From sequence record SRR22947727_1209: a stretch of 32,650 bases of DNA; one strand, written 5' to 3'. Below, piece after piece: positions 7,614 to 17,327 of this stretch (the stretch's first letter is position 1; each line of letters starts with the position of its first letter). A program made the translations under genes and the position numbers. A model generated the notes under the pieces. It did not search any database. It was given only the letters and a program-made list of their open reading frames with translations, and was not told the DNA's origin.

Positions 7614-7642
7614 AAAAAAACCACCGAAAGGTGGTTTTTTTT
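7614..7642. terminator. Bidirectional intrinsic terminator
   Basis: A7-CCACC-GAAA-GGTGG-T8 between convergent genes. Confidence 0.9.
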
Positions 7643-7656
7643 ATGCTTTAAATTTA

Positions 7657-8016
7657 TTAATTAAAAAAACTGATACTTCTGCAGCGATCATTAATAAATG
7701 TAATTTCTGTTTTTTTGTATGTCTTACCAGGTGAATATTCGACAACATTGGTGTAATACCACATCTCCATTTTATCTTTACTTTTGTTTTTGTTGTCAGT
7801 GGGTCTAGCAATAACTTTACTGGCATCTTTTGGTTTTATGGCAATTTCTTTACTCTCAGGTTCACCTAAGTACTTTAAAAATCGTGTTTTTGGCTTACCA
7901 CTAAAAATGTTAATAAAATCATTTTCAGAGTAAACACGTTTATCTGCAGCCTGAATATTAATAGTAAAAGCAAACAGAGCAATGAATACTGTTAATCGCT
8001 TTAAATTGTTATACAT
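7657..8016 (-). CDS. Hypothetical exported protein (signal peptide; SmpA/OmlA/BamE-like pattern)
   Basis: Leader KRLTVFIALFAFTINIQA-A; G.PK....KYLGEP...EMWYY...ITF pattern. AAAGGA upstream. Confidence 0.6.
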   Translation of the reverse strand: MYNNLKRLTVFIALFAFTINIQAADKRVYSENDFINIFSGKPKTRFLKYLGEPESKEIAIKPKDASKVIARPTDNKNKSKDKMEMWYYTNVVEYSPGKTYKKTEITFINDRCRSISFFN

Positions 8017-8032
8017 AAAAAATCCTTTAGAT

Positions 8033-8803
8033 TTAGTTAATATTAATTTTTAAACCATCATAGCCAACAAAAACAGACTCTGGTAACTCTTTAGTTAACG
8101 CATCATACTCGAGTTCATGAGTCATGTGAATTAGAAATGTTTTATTTGCTTTTAACTTTTTTGCCACATCCATACTCTCATCAAAAGAAAAGTGCGTCGG
8201 GTGCGGTTCATTTCTTAAACAGTCTAGCAATAGGACATCTAAATCCTGAAGTTGTTCCATTGATGAATCAGGTATTTCAGATACATCTGTGAGGTAAGCA
8301 ATATTGCCAATACGATAGCCGTTTATTAAAGATTTACCATGGTATACCGGTATAGGACTAATCAGTCTATCAAAAAGATTAAATGGTTCGTCTATGACAC
8401 TCGGTTTAAGTATTGGAATATCCCAAAATCCATTGGGTTCCCTCATTGCATATTGAAATTTTTTGTTTAACTCATTGATAGAAAAACTATTTCCATAGAG
8501 TGGAATTTGTTTTCTATTAATCTGACAAAATGCTCTTAAATCGTCAATACCATGACAATGATCTGCATGATGATGGGTAAATAAAACTGCATCAATAGAA
8601 ACAAGCTCTTCTCTCAATGATTGCTCACGAAGGTCTGGGCTGGTATCAATTAAAATATTTTTTCCATTCTCTAGGGTGATTAAACTTGAACAACGCGTTC
8701 TATGATTTTTTTTATTATTTGATTTACATGTACTACATTCACAACCGACCACTGGAGTTCCAGCACTAGAACCTACACCTAATAATGTTAACTGGTCTGA
8801 CAT
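8033..8803 (-). CDS. Metallo-beta-lactamase-fold hydrolase, PhnP-like
   Basis: LG.GSS.G.PVVGC.C..C, IDTSPDLR.Q, THHHADHCHGIDDLR, AYLTD and HMTH motifs. Confidence 0.9.
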   Translation of the reverse strand: MSDQLTLLGVGSSAGTPVVGCECSTCKSNNKKNHRTRCSSLITLENGKNILIDTSPDLREQSLREELVSIDAVLFTHHHADHCHGIDDLRAFCQINRKQIPLYGNSFSINELNKKFQYAMREPNGFWDIPILKPSVIDEPFNLFDRLISPIPVYHGKSLINGYRIGNIAYLTDVSEIPDSSMEQLQDLDVLLLDCLRNEPHPTHFSFDESMDVAKKLKANKTFLIHMTHELEYDALTKELPESVFVGYDGLKININ

Positions 8804-9561
8804 TTTGAAAACAGATTAAAGAAATTTTTAGTGGTAGTTTCAGCAACCTCTTCCACAGTAATCTTCTTAATCTCTGCAATTTTTTTAGCGACGTAAACAA
8901 CATTTGCCGGTTCATTAAGCTTACCTCTATTAGGGACGGGAGCTAGATATGGGGAATCTGTTTCAATCAAAATCCTGTCTAAGGGAATTTTTCTTACGGT
9001 TTCTCTGAGTTCCTCTGCATTCTTAAAAGTGATGATTCCAGAAAAAGAAATATAGAAGTCTTGATCAATTGCCTGTTTGGCCATCTCATAAGTTTCGGTA
9101 AAGCAATGCATCACCCCTCTTGCGTTGATCGCTTTTTCCTCCTTCATGATTTTGATCGTATCTTCTCGTGCGTTTCTTGTATGGATGATAAGTGGTAAGT
9201 TTGACTCAATTGCCGCTCTTATGTGTGTTCTAAACCTGTCCTTCTGCCATAAAAGCTCTCCTTTAAGGCGAAAGTAGTCTAAACCTGTTTCACCAATGGC
9301 AACTACATTAGCATTTTTAGCATGTCTGGTGAGTATTTCAACATCTGGCTCATCAATATCCTCATAGTCAGGGTGCACACCAACAGATGCAAAGATATGA
9401 TTATGCGCTTCTGCAAGTTTTAAAACACTTTGATAATTATCCAGCGTTACACTCACACAAAGCGCGTGAGAAATTGAATTGTCCTTCATGTTGGATAACA
9501 CGTTGTCTATATTGTTATTCAATTCGGGAAAATTAATATGGCAATGCGAGTCTATATACAT
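8788..9561 (-). CDS. TatD/YcfH-family DNase
   Basis: DSHCH, GVHP, IGETGLDY, IIHTR, HCFT and ETDSPYLAP motifs. Confidence 0.93.
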   Translation of the reverse strand: MYIDSHCHINFPELNNNIDNVLSNMKDNSISHALCVSVTLDNYQSVLKLAEAHNHIFASVGVHPDYEDIDEPDVEILTRHAKNANVVAIGETGLDYFRLKGELLWQKDRFRTHIRAAIESNLPLIIHTRNAREDTIKIMKEEKAINARGVMHCFTETYEMAKQAIDQDFYISFSGIITFKNAEELRETVRKIPLDRILIETDSPYLAPVPNRGKLNEPANVVYVAKKIAEIKKITVEEVAETTTKNFFNLFSKCQTS

Positions 9562-9570
9562 AAATTTAAT

Positions 9571-10524
9571 TCATTTAAAAATATTTTTATATTCAATCAT
9601 AAGATTATCAAATGCTAATTCTTTATTGATTGGTTTATTCGAAATTAATTTAATATTATTTACACTTTTAACTAATCTTATCAATTTTGAGATATCAGTG
9701 TTATTAGAAAGTTTCTTTATATTTTCTTTTTTGTGTTCAAAAAAATGAGATTTGGTAGTTAATTTAAATAAAAAAATATCATAAATCCACTTTTGAAAAA
9801 GACTGATAATTGCAGAAAAATCTCCTGATAACCATTTTGATTCTATCGTCATTAATTCAAAATCTTTACCTTTTTTAAATTCTTCGATTATTGTTTCAAA
9901 TAATTCATTTTCACTTTGATTAGCAATCAAATCGAGGGGTAAATTATTAAACAAAGGGAGTTGTGATGATAAATTCTCATGGCCCTCTAACTTTAGAAAT
10001 TGCCTTGCCTCTTCATTTGTTGGTTTTGGACAGGAAACTATTAAACATCTACTGATAATTGTTGGGAGTAAAGCCGAAATGCTATTCGTTGTTAAAATAA
10101 GATAAGAATTCTCTGGCGGTTCCTCAAGAATTTTTAACAATGCATTGGCAGCATTAAGCGTAAGACTCTCAGCATTATTAATGAGAATAACTTTATTACC
10201 CCCAATTTGATGCGAGCTTAACTCAAAAAAACGCTTCAAATTTCTTATTGACTCAATTGAGATGTTATTTGAAGAACTATCTTCAGCAGAGTTATCTATT
10301 ACTTGAAGATTAGGGTGCTCGGTTAAAAGCCATTGGCAATCTTGGCATAATCCACAAGGTTCATTGGTATCTTTCAATTTGTTACAAATTAACGACTGAG
10401 CAAATGTGCTAGCAAATTTTTCTAGCCCTGCACCTGAGGCGCCGACAAATAAATATGCATGATGCATTTTATTATTTTTAGTTAGCTGAGACCAAGCCCC
10501 TTCTTGCCAGGAGAACAAGCTCAT
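9571..10524 (-). CDS. holB: DNA polymerase III subunit delta'
   Basis: HAYLF.G, zinc-binding cysteines (C...PCGLCQDC), HPN, AANALLKILEEP and LPTIISRC; follows tmk. Confidence 0.92.
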   Translation of the reverse strand: MSLFSWQEGAWSQLTKNNKMHHAYLFVGASGAGLEKFASTFAQSLICNKLKDTNEPCGLCQDCQWLLTEHPNLQVIDNSAEDSSSNNISIESIRNLKRFFELSSHQIGGNKVILINNAESLTLNAANALLKILEEPPENSYLILTTNSISALLPTIISRCLIVSCPKPTNEEARQFLKLEGHENLSSQLPLFNNLPLDLIANQSENELFETIIEEFKKGKDFELMTIESKWLSGDFSAIISLFQKWIYDIFLFKLTTKSHFFEHKKENIKKLSNNTDISKLIRLVKSVNNIKLISNKPINKELAFDNLMIEYKNIFK

Positions 10525-11138
10525 TTCAAAAGCTCATCTAGTTTTATTTTAATTTGACTCTGGATTTCGTCAATTGACTTTTCACTGTTCAAAACAGAAA
10601 ACCTTTTTGGATTATTTTTTGCAATCATTAAATATTTTTTTCTTACATTTTCGTGGAAATCTTTTTCTTCCTTCTCAAACTTATCCAGCTTTCTTGTTTT
10701 TTTTAATCTTTTTATACTTACATCAACTGGCAAATCAAATAAAAAAGTTAAATCAGGTTGTAGGTTTTTTTGAACTATGTCTTTAAGTACATCAATTTCC
10801 TCATCCTCAACACCCTTGCCTCCTGATTGATAAGCGTAAGACGCATCTGTAAATCTATCACTTATCACAATTGCACCGCTCGTTAATCCTGGACTAATAA
10901 CTTTTTCGATATGCTCGTTTCTTGCGGCAAACATTAGAATTGTTTCAGTTTTAGGTGTCATTTCATCGTGAAGCAATATTTCCCTTAATCTTTCTCCAAG
11001 TTCAGTGCCTCCTGGTTCTCTCGTCATAATGAAGTCTAACTTTAAATTTGTAAGATATTCTTTAATAAACTCAATATGAGAAGTTTTACCTGCCCCATCG
11101 ACACCTTCAAGCGTAATAAATTTTCCTAATTGATTCAT
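10521..11138 (-). CDS. tmk: Thymidylate kinase
   Basis: FITLEGVDGAGKTS, TREPGGT and SDRF.DASYAYQ motifs. Confidence 0.97.
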   Translation of the reverse strand: MNQLGKFITLEGVDGAGKTSHIEFIKEYLTNLKLDFIMTREPGGTELGERLREILLHDEMTPKTETILMFAARNEHIEKVISPGLTSGAIVISDRFTDASYAYQSGGKGVEDEEIDVLKDIVQKNLQPDLTFLFDLPVDVSIKRLKKTRKLDKFEKEEKDFHENVRKKYLMIAKNNPKRFSVLNSEKSIDEIQSQIKIKLDELLK

Positions 11139-12208
11139 TTTTGATATTTCCTTACTGCTTCATTATGTTCTTTTAAAGTTTTTGAGAAATGATGAGTTTT
11201 ATTATCACCTTTTGCGACAAAATAAAAAGCATTAGTTTCTGCAGGGTTTAATGCTGCTTCAATTGTATCAAAACCTGGTAAACAAATGGGAGATGGCGGA
11301 AGACCATTCCTTGTATATGAATTATAAATGGTATCTATCATAAGGTCTTTTCTTGAAAGATTGCCTTTAAAATTATCCTTCATCCCATATATCACAGTAG
11401 GATCACTTTGAAGTGGCATTCCTATTCTTAATCGATTTACAAATACTCCTGCTATCAAGCTTGCTTCATCTCTATTACCTAGCTCTTTTTCAATAATTGA
11501 TGCCAGGATTAAAGCCTCATATTTATTCTTATATGGTAAACCAGGTGACTTATCTTTCCATGCTTTATTTAATTTTTGCATCATTAAATTATAAGATTGC
11601 TTCAGAATTTCAATATCAGGTGTACCTTTGTAAAAATAATAAGTATCTGGAAAAAATAGTCCCTCAAGATCTTTATAGTGAATACCTAATATTTTTCTTA
11701 AATCATCATCTGAAGAATAAGAAACTTCTTGCTTTAATAAATTATTATTTTTTATTTTTTTAAAATTATCTTCAAATGTTGTCCCCTCAATAAATGTAAT
11801 TGGATAAAGAATCCCTTCACCTTTAACTAATAGTGTTAACAATTCGTTGGGGCTAATATTATTTTCTAAAAAATAATGGCCACTTTTTATACTTTCTGTT
11901 CTATTTGTAAGCTTGGCTAAAATCTTGAATCTCAATGCATCAGGTAAGACATTGTTTGTAACAAGCTCATTTGTTATTTGCTTAAAGTTAGCGCCCTTCT
12001 TAACTTCAAAAAATTCATTCTCCTCACTCACATCAAGAGAAATGAACGGATAACTGACTATCCAAATAAAAAAAACAAAAGTTAAAGCGGCAGAAAAAAA
12101 TATACTTCTCTTTTGTGGTTTAGAAAAAATAGGTTGGGTTTTTTTTATAGATTTTATAAAGCTTTTTTGAGCTTTATTCAGAATTAATTTAAGGTCAATG
12201 CGATTCAT
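11135..12208 (-). CDS. mltG: Endolytic transglycosylase MltG (YceG)
   Basis: N-terminal TM segment, EGLFFPDTY, LASIIEKE, VFVNRL..GMPLQSDPTVIYG and GLPPSPI. Confidence 0.95.
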   Translation of the reverse strand: MNRIDLKLILNKAQKSFIKSIKKTQPIFSKPQKRSIFFSAALTFVFFIWIVSYPFISLDVSEENEFFEVKKGANFKQITNELVTNNVLPDALRFKILAKLTNRTESIKSGHYFLENNISPNELLTLLVKGEGILYPITFIEGTTFEDNFKKIKNNNLLKQEVSYSSDDDLRKILGIHYKDLEGLFFPDTYYFYKGTPDIEILKQSYNLMMQKLNKAWKDKSPGLPYKNKYEALILASIIEKELGNRDEASLIAGVFVNRLRIGMPLQSDPTVIYGMKDNFKGNLSRKDLMIDTIYNSYTRNGLPPSPICLPGFDTIEAALNPAETNAFYFVAKGDNKTHHFSKTLKEHNEAVRKYQK

Positions 12209-13007
12209 TTATAAGCTTATTAATCAAGTTAGCTAATTTTACTTTATTCCATTTTATATTTTTGAAACTTAAAACCGGAAGTGCACCAAATATTGAATTA
12301 GTAACAATGACTTCATCAGCCTCTTTTAGCTGATCAAGTTTGAGAGGTGAATAATTCATCGTTAAATTTAGTTTTTTTATATTTTTTTCAATAATTTTTT
12401 TTGTTACGCCATGAATGCCATATCTTTTATTACTTGATGTGAATAAATTTTTACCATACCTTATAAATAAACTTGATCTAGCGCAATCACATATATTGTC
12501 ATTAGCATCAAGCATAATGGCATCAAAAAACTTATTTGCTAAGCCTTTTCTAGCAAGTACATTTTCTAATCTATTTAGATGTTTGATACCTGCGTGAGAT
12601 GTATCTGAAGCCCGAATTTTAGTAGTGGTTAGATGCACCCCTTCTTTAAATAAAGCATATTTCTCTTTATCATAATCAATCTTTAATAAAATACGCGTTG
12701 GTTTGATTTCCTTTTTAAAATCATAACCAGAGGTTGATTCACCCCGTGTAACAATAATTTTTGCTATAAAAATTCCTTTTTCAGGAAAAAGTTTTTGTAT
12801 GTCACTTAACAATAATTTATCGCTTGGACTTGGTATATCAATACTTTTTAAATCTTTTGCTAATTTACGATAATGAGCATTCCACTGCTTTGGTTTGTTA
12901 TTCTCAACAAGAAAAGTTCTGAAAGCGCCGTCACCGAAAGCAAGTCCTCGATCAAAAGGACTTAGAGATTTTTTTTTGTCGCCATTAATTAAGAAATTTT
13001 TAGCCAC
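12195..13007 (-). CDS. pabC: Aminodeoxychorismate lyase (class IV aminotransferase fold)
   Basis: DRGLAFGDG.F, IVTRG and GIKHLNRLENVLA; located between fabF and mltG. Confidence 0.88.
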   Translation of the reverse strand: MAKNFLINGDKKKSLSPFDRGLAFGDGAFRTFLVENNKPKQWNAHYRKLAKDLKSIDIPSPSDKLLLSDIQKLFPEKGIFIAKIIVTRGESTSGYDFKKEIKPTRILLKIDYDKEKYALFKEGVHLTTTKIRASDTSHAGIKHLNRLENVLARKGLANKFFDAIMLDANDNICDCARSSLFIRYGKNLFTSSNKRYGIHGVTKKIIEKNIKKLNLTMNYSPLKLDQLKEADEVIVTNSIFGALPVLSFKNIKWNKVKLANLINKLINESH

Positions 13008-13018
13008 AATTTTTTGAT

Positions 13019-14263
13019 TTAATATTTTTTAAATACAAGACTTCCATTTGTTCCACCAAAACCAAAATTATTTTTTAGTGCTGCCTTAATATCTAGTTCT
13101 CTTGCTTCATTCGCACAATAATCTAAATCGCATTGTGGGTCTTGATTAAAAATATTTATCGTTGGTGGGGAAATTTGATGATGGATAGCTAATGCAGTAA
13201 AAACTGATTCAATACCACCAGCCCCACCCAACAAATGTCCTGTCATTGACTTTGTAGAATTTACAACTAATTTCTTAGCATGTTCATTAAAGGTTTCTTT
13301 GATGGCATTTGTTTCATTAAGGTCGCCTAATGGCGTTGATGTACCATGAGCATTGATATAGTTAATATCATCTGCATTAATTCCTGCATTTTTTATAGCC
13401 GTTAACATTGATCTTTTTGGCCCGTCCACTGTAGGTGCTGTGATATGGAAAGCGTCTGCACTCATACCGTAACCTGATAACTCACAGTAAATTTTTGCGC
13501 CTCTTTTTTTTGCGTGTTCCATTTCTTCTAAAATCATTACACCTGCACCCTCTCCAATTACAAACCCATCTCTATCTTTGTCCCAAGGTCTTGAAGCAGT
13601 TTTTGGGTCATCATTCCTAGAACTTAGAGCTTTTGCAGAACAGAAACCTGCAACTGTTAAGGGTGTTATGGCAGCCTCTGCGCCCCCTGCGACCATTACG
13701 TCTGCATCACCATATTCGATCATGCGACTTGCATCCCCTATTGAGTGTGTTCCAGATGTACATGCGGTAACAATTGAAATATTTGGCCCTTTTAAACCAA
13801 GTGCGATTGAGAGGTTGCCAGCAACCATATTAATTATGGTTCCTGGGACAAAAAAAGGTGAAATTTTTCTTGGGCCACCAACTCTCAAAGATTCAGCTTG
13901 TTGCTCAATTAAATTAACTCCCCCAATTCCTGAGCCTATCGAAGTTCCAATTCTTTCAGCATTAGTTTCATTTACCTCAAGACCTGAATCATTAAAAGCC
14001 TCATACGCAGCTACTAGGCCGTACTGTATGAAAGTGTCCATTCTTCGAGCATCTTTAGGGTTTAGGTATGCTTTTGGATCAAAATCTTTAACCTCACCTG
14101 CAATAGTTGATGAAAAAGATGATTCAAAACTGTTTGTATCGAAATTTGTGATATTTGAGATGCCAGATTGGCCTTCAATAATACTTTTCCATGAATTAGT
14201 TACACCAATTCCAACGGGTGTTACCAAACCCAGCCCGGTAATTACTACTTTTCTCTTATTCAT
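13019..14263 (-). CDS. fabF: 3-oxoacyl-ACP synthase II (ATG 14263 preferred over TTG 14275)
   Basis: [32 protein letters not shown] and FGFGGTN motifs. Confidence 0.97.
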   Translation of the reverse strand: MNKRKVVITGLGLVTPVGIGVTNSWKSIIEGQSGISNITNFDTNSFESSFSSTIAGEVKDFDPKAYLNPKDARRMDTFIQYGLVAAYEAFNDSGLEVNETNAERIGTSIGSGIGGVNLIEQQAESLRVGGPRKISPFFVPGTIINMVAGNLSIALGLKGPNISIVTACTSGTHSIGDASRMIEYGDADVMVAGGAEAAITPLTVAGFCSAKALSSRNDDPKTASRPWDKDRDGFVIGEGAGVMILEEMEHAKKRGAKIYCELSGYGMSADAFHITAPTVDGPKRSMLTAIKNAGINADDINYINAHGTSTPLGDLNETNAIKETFNEHAKKLVVNSTKSMTGHLLGGAGGIESVFTALAIHHQISPPTINIFNQDPQCDLDYCANEARELDIKAALKNNFGFGGTNGSLVFKKY

Positions 14264-14304
14264 GAATTGACCCAACTGGATATGTATTGGGTTTCAAAGA
14301 TAAC

Positions 14305-14541
14305 TTACTTAAGATTCGCGTTTATGTAATCAATCGCTTGCTGAACAGTTGTAATTTTTTCTGCTTCTTCATCAGGTATTTCAGTATTGAACTCCTCTTC
14401 TAAAGCCATTACCAATTCAACAGTATCAAGTGAATCTGCGCCTAAATCGTTTATAAAAGATGACTCATTTTTTAAACTTGCTTCATCAGTACCCAGCTGT
14501 TCTGAAACTATTTTTTTCACTCTTTGTTCAATATCAGACAT
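14305..14541 (-). CDS. acpP: Acyl carrier protein
   Basis: [20 protein letters not shown] motif. Confidence 0.99.
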   Translation of the reverse strand: MSDIEQRVKKIVSEQLGTDEASLKNESSFINDLGADSLDTVELVMALEEEFNTEIPDEEAEKITTVQQAIDYINANLK

Positions 14542-14586
14542 TATGAAATTACCCCTTTTTTTAAAATAACAAATTAGTGTTGCGAC

Positions 14587-14595
14587 ATTTTATCA
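14587..14595 (-). promoter_or_regulatory. Putative internal extended -10 promoter (TGaTAAAAT) for acpP
   Basis: TGnTAAAAT in the fabG-acpP gap, ~45 nt upstream of the acpP ATG. Confidence 0.55.
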
Positions 14596-14666
14596 AATGA
14601 ATCCTATTTTTATAACTTTTTTTTTAATAAATAAAAAAAAACCTAAAATTCAATGATTAACATAAT

Positions 14667-15410
14667 TTAAGCCATTAACATCCCACCATTGATATGAATT
14701 GTTTCTCCTGTAATATAATCAGCATCATCCGAGGCTAAAAAGAGAACTGCTTTAGCAACATCTGATGAATTTCCCAGTCTGGCTAATGGAATATGTGATA
14801 GAAGCTTTTCTTTCTGATCATCTGAAAGCGCTTTAGTCATATCGGTGTCTATAAAACCTGGCGCAACACAATTTACATTAATGCCTCTGTTACCGACCTC
14901 CTGAGCTAAAGATTTTGTAAACCCGGTTATACCAGCTTTAGATGCGACATAATTAGTTTGTCCTGCATTACCCATATGACCCACAACAGAAGAAATATTA
15001 ATAATTTTTCCATATCTACTTTTCATCATACTTCTTAAAACAGATTTACTTAGCTTAAAAATTGAAGTTAGGTTTGTACTTAATACACTATCCCATTCCT
15101 CATCCTTCATCCTAATCAATAAGTTATCTTTTGTGATACCGGCATTATTGACTAAAATTTGTATATCACCATATTTCTCACTGACTGATTTGATTAACGA
15201 ATCAATGGATTCAGCACTATTCACATCTAAGACCATTCCTTCACCTTCATTTTTATGGGAAGCAAGGGCCTCTGAAATGTTTGAAGCTCCCTTTGATGAT
15301 GTGGCCGTTCCAATAACAATTGCTCCATTAATTGCAAGTTCACTGGCGATTGCCATTCCAATTCCTCTACTCGCACCCGTCACCAAAACAATCTTTTTAC
15401 TTACATTCAT
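14667..15410 (-). CDS. fabG: 3-oxoacyl-ACP reductase
   Basis: TGASRGIG, NNAGITKD, NYVASK and VAPGFIDTDMT motifs. Confidence 0.98.
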   Translation of the reverse strand: MNVSKKIVLVTGASRGIGMAIASELAINGAIVIGTATSSKGASNISEALASHKNEGEGMVLDVNSAESIDSLIKSVSEKYGDIQILVNNAGITKDNLLIRMKDEEWDSVLSTNLTSIFKLSKSVLRSMMKSRYGKIINISSVVGHMGNAGQTNYVASKAGITGFTKSLAQEVGNRGINVNCVAPGFIDTDMTKALSDDQKEKLLSHIPLARLGNSSDVAKAVLFLASDDADYITGETIHINGGMLMA

Positions 15411-15440
15411 TTTATGTTCCTAATTTAAACAAATTATTAA

Positions 15441-16361
15441 TTACTTATTAAGATAATCAATTGAATCTATAGAATCAATCGAGACAAAATCTAAATCTTT
15501 ATTTATTCTTCTTCCAAGGCTCGTAAGAACTTTACCTGGGCCAATTTCCAAATATGTATTTATTTTATTTACACTAATAAATTCAATGGACTGTGTCCAT
15601 TTTACAGGATTAAACATTTGATAAAAAAGGCCTTCTTTAATTTTATCTACGTTATCATATGCGATTGCCTCATAATTTTGAATAACGGGAAATTTTGGAT
15701 TTCTAAAATCAATTGGTTTCAAAAATTCTCCAAATTCATTTGCTGCAGATTTCATAAGGCTGCAATGAGATGGAACACTAACAGGAAGAATAATTGCCCT
15801 TTTGGCTCCTGCTGATTTAAAGACTTCAAGTGATGCTTCAATTGCTATTTTGTCTCCTGCCACTACTACTTGACCCGGAGAGTTAAAATTCACAGCCTCC
15901 ACAACACCATTCGTTTGTAATTCATGACAAATATTCACAACTTCACTATCTGACAAACCTAAAATTGCTGCCATTGCGCCCTTTCCTTCAGGAACAGCAT
16001 TTTGCATTAACTGTGCTCTTTTCTTAACAATTTGTAGCCCAGTTTCAAATGAAAAAACCTTAGCGGCCACTAATGCTGTAAATTCACCTAAACTATGTCC
16101 TGCGGCAAATAGCGGATCGAGAATATTGTTTTTTTCAAGAATTCTCCATGTAGCAATCCCTGCTGTCAACATAAGAGGTTGCGTATTTTCTGTTTGATTA
16201 ATGTCGGTATTTTCAATATTCACCATATCCCAAAAATTCACATTAAGAATGTCTGATGCTTCTTCGAAGGTTTGTTTAACCTCGGCAATAGAGGATAAAT
16301 TATTCATCATCCCAACTGATTGTGATCCTTGTCCAGGAAATAAAGCTATAAAATTATTCAC
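15441..16361 (-). CDS. fabD: Malonyl-CoA:ACP transacylase (GTG start)
   Basis: FPGQGSQ, GHSLGE and VSVPSHC motifs. Confidence 0.98.
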   Translation of the reverse strand: MNNFIALFPGQGSQSVGMMNNLSSIAEVKQTFEEASDILNVNFWDMVNIENTDINQTENTQPLMLTAGIATWRILEKNNILDPLFAAGHSLGEFTALVAAKVFSFETGLQIVKKRAQLMQNAVPEGKGAMAAILGLSDSEVVNICHELQTNGVVEAVNFNSPGQVVVAGDKIAIEASLEVFKSAGAKRAIILPVSVPSHCSLMKSAANEFGEFLKPIDFRNPKFPVIQNYEAIAYDNVDKIKEGLFYQMFNPVKWTQSIEFISVNKINTYLEIGPGKVLTSLGRRINKDLDFVSIDSIDSIDYLNK

Positions 16362-16364
16362 TAT

Positions 16365-17318
16365 TTAAATCCTTATAAGGGCTGAACCCCAGGTAAAACC
16401 ACCCCCGAACGCTTCCATTAAAATTAAATGACCAGGTTTTATTTTTTTCTCTTTGATGCCATAATCAAGCGCTAGCGGAATAGATGCTGCTGAAGTATTT
16501 CCTTGTTCATCAATCGTGACAATCACTTTGTCCATACTCATGTTCAATTTTTTAGCGGTTGCTTCAAGAATACGAATATTTGCCTGATGAGGAACCAACC
16601 AGTCGATATCTTCCTTTGCAAGTTTATTAGAGCTAAGCGTTTCATCAACAATCATATCTAATGTGTTGACAGCCATTTTAAATACTTGATTACCTCTCAT
16701 ATCAATTGTCTCTTTAAATACACCCGCTTGTTCTTTTTTGGTGACATGGAGTAAATCTTCATATTCTCCTTGTGCATGGATATGAGTAGATAAAATACCT
16801 TCTTTATTTGAACTTGATAGGATAACTGCGCCTGAACCATCCCCCCATAAAATCGCATTACTTCGATCAGAATAATCAGTGATCCTCGACATCGCATCTG
16901 CCCCAACAACCAATACATTTTTAGCAGAATTTGTTTTAATAAACTTATCAGCAATTGAGAGCGCATATATAAAACCACTACAAACCGCTTGGATATCAAA
17001 TGCTGGGCATTCTTTGATTTTTAATTTTTTTTGTAAGATACATGCTGTACTTGGGAAGACTTTATCCGGCGTTGTAGTTGCAACGATAATTAAATCGATA
17101 TCATTTGGCTGTAAATTTGCATCTTTAATTGCATTTTTTGCTGCTTCAAAAGCCAAATCACTTGTTAATTGATCTTTGGCAACAATATGTCTTTTTTTAA
17201 TTCCTGTTCTTGAAGTAATCCATTCATCGGTTGTATCTAATGTTAACTCGAGGTCGCTATTAGTTAAAATTTTCTCTGGAAGATAGCTCCCACAACCTTT
17301 AATTTTTGAATAAATCAT
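16365..17318 (-). CDS. fabH: 3-oxoacyl-ACP synthase III
   Basis: WITSRTGI, AVCSGF, PHQAN.RI, GNTSAAS and FGGGFTWG motifs. Confidence 0.98.
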   Translation of the reverse strand: MIYSKIKGCGSYLPEKILTNSDLELTLDTTDEWITSRTGIKKRHIVAKDQLTSDLAFEAAKNAIKDANLQPNDIDLIIVATTTPDKVFPSTACILQKKLKIKECPAFDIQAVCSGFIYALSIADKFIKTNSAKNVLVVGADAMSRITDYSDRSNAILWGDGSGAVILSSSNKEGILSTHIHAQGEYEDLLHVTKKEQAGVFKETIDMRGNQVFKMAVNTLDMIVDETLSSNKLAKEDIDWLVPHQANIRILEATAKKLNMSMDKVIVTIDEQGNTSAASIPLALDYGIKEKKIKPGHLILMEAFGGGFTWGSALIRI

Positions 17319-17327
17319 CAGATAATT

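Noticed and set aside
13578-14270. 230-aa plus-strand ORF antisense to fabF
   Set aside because: Codon-register shadow of a conserved gene; no SD or recognisable motif.
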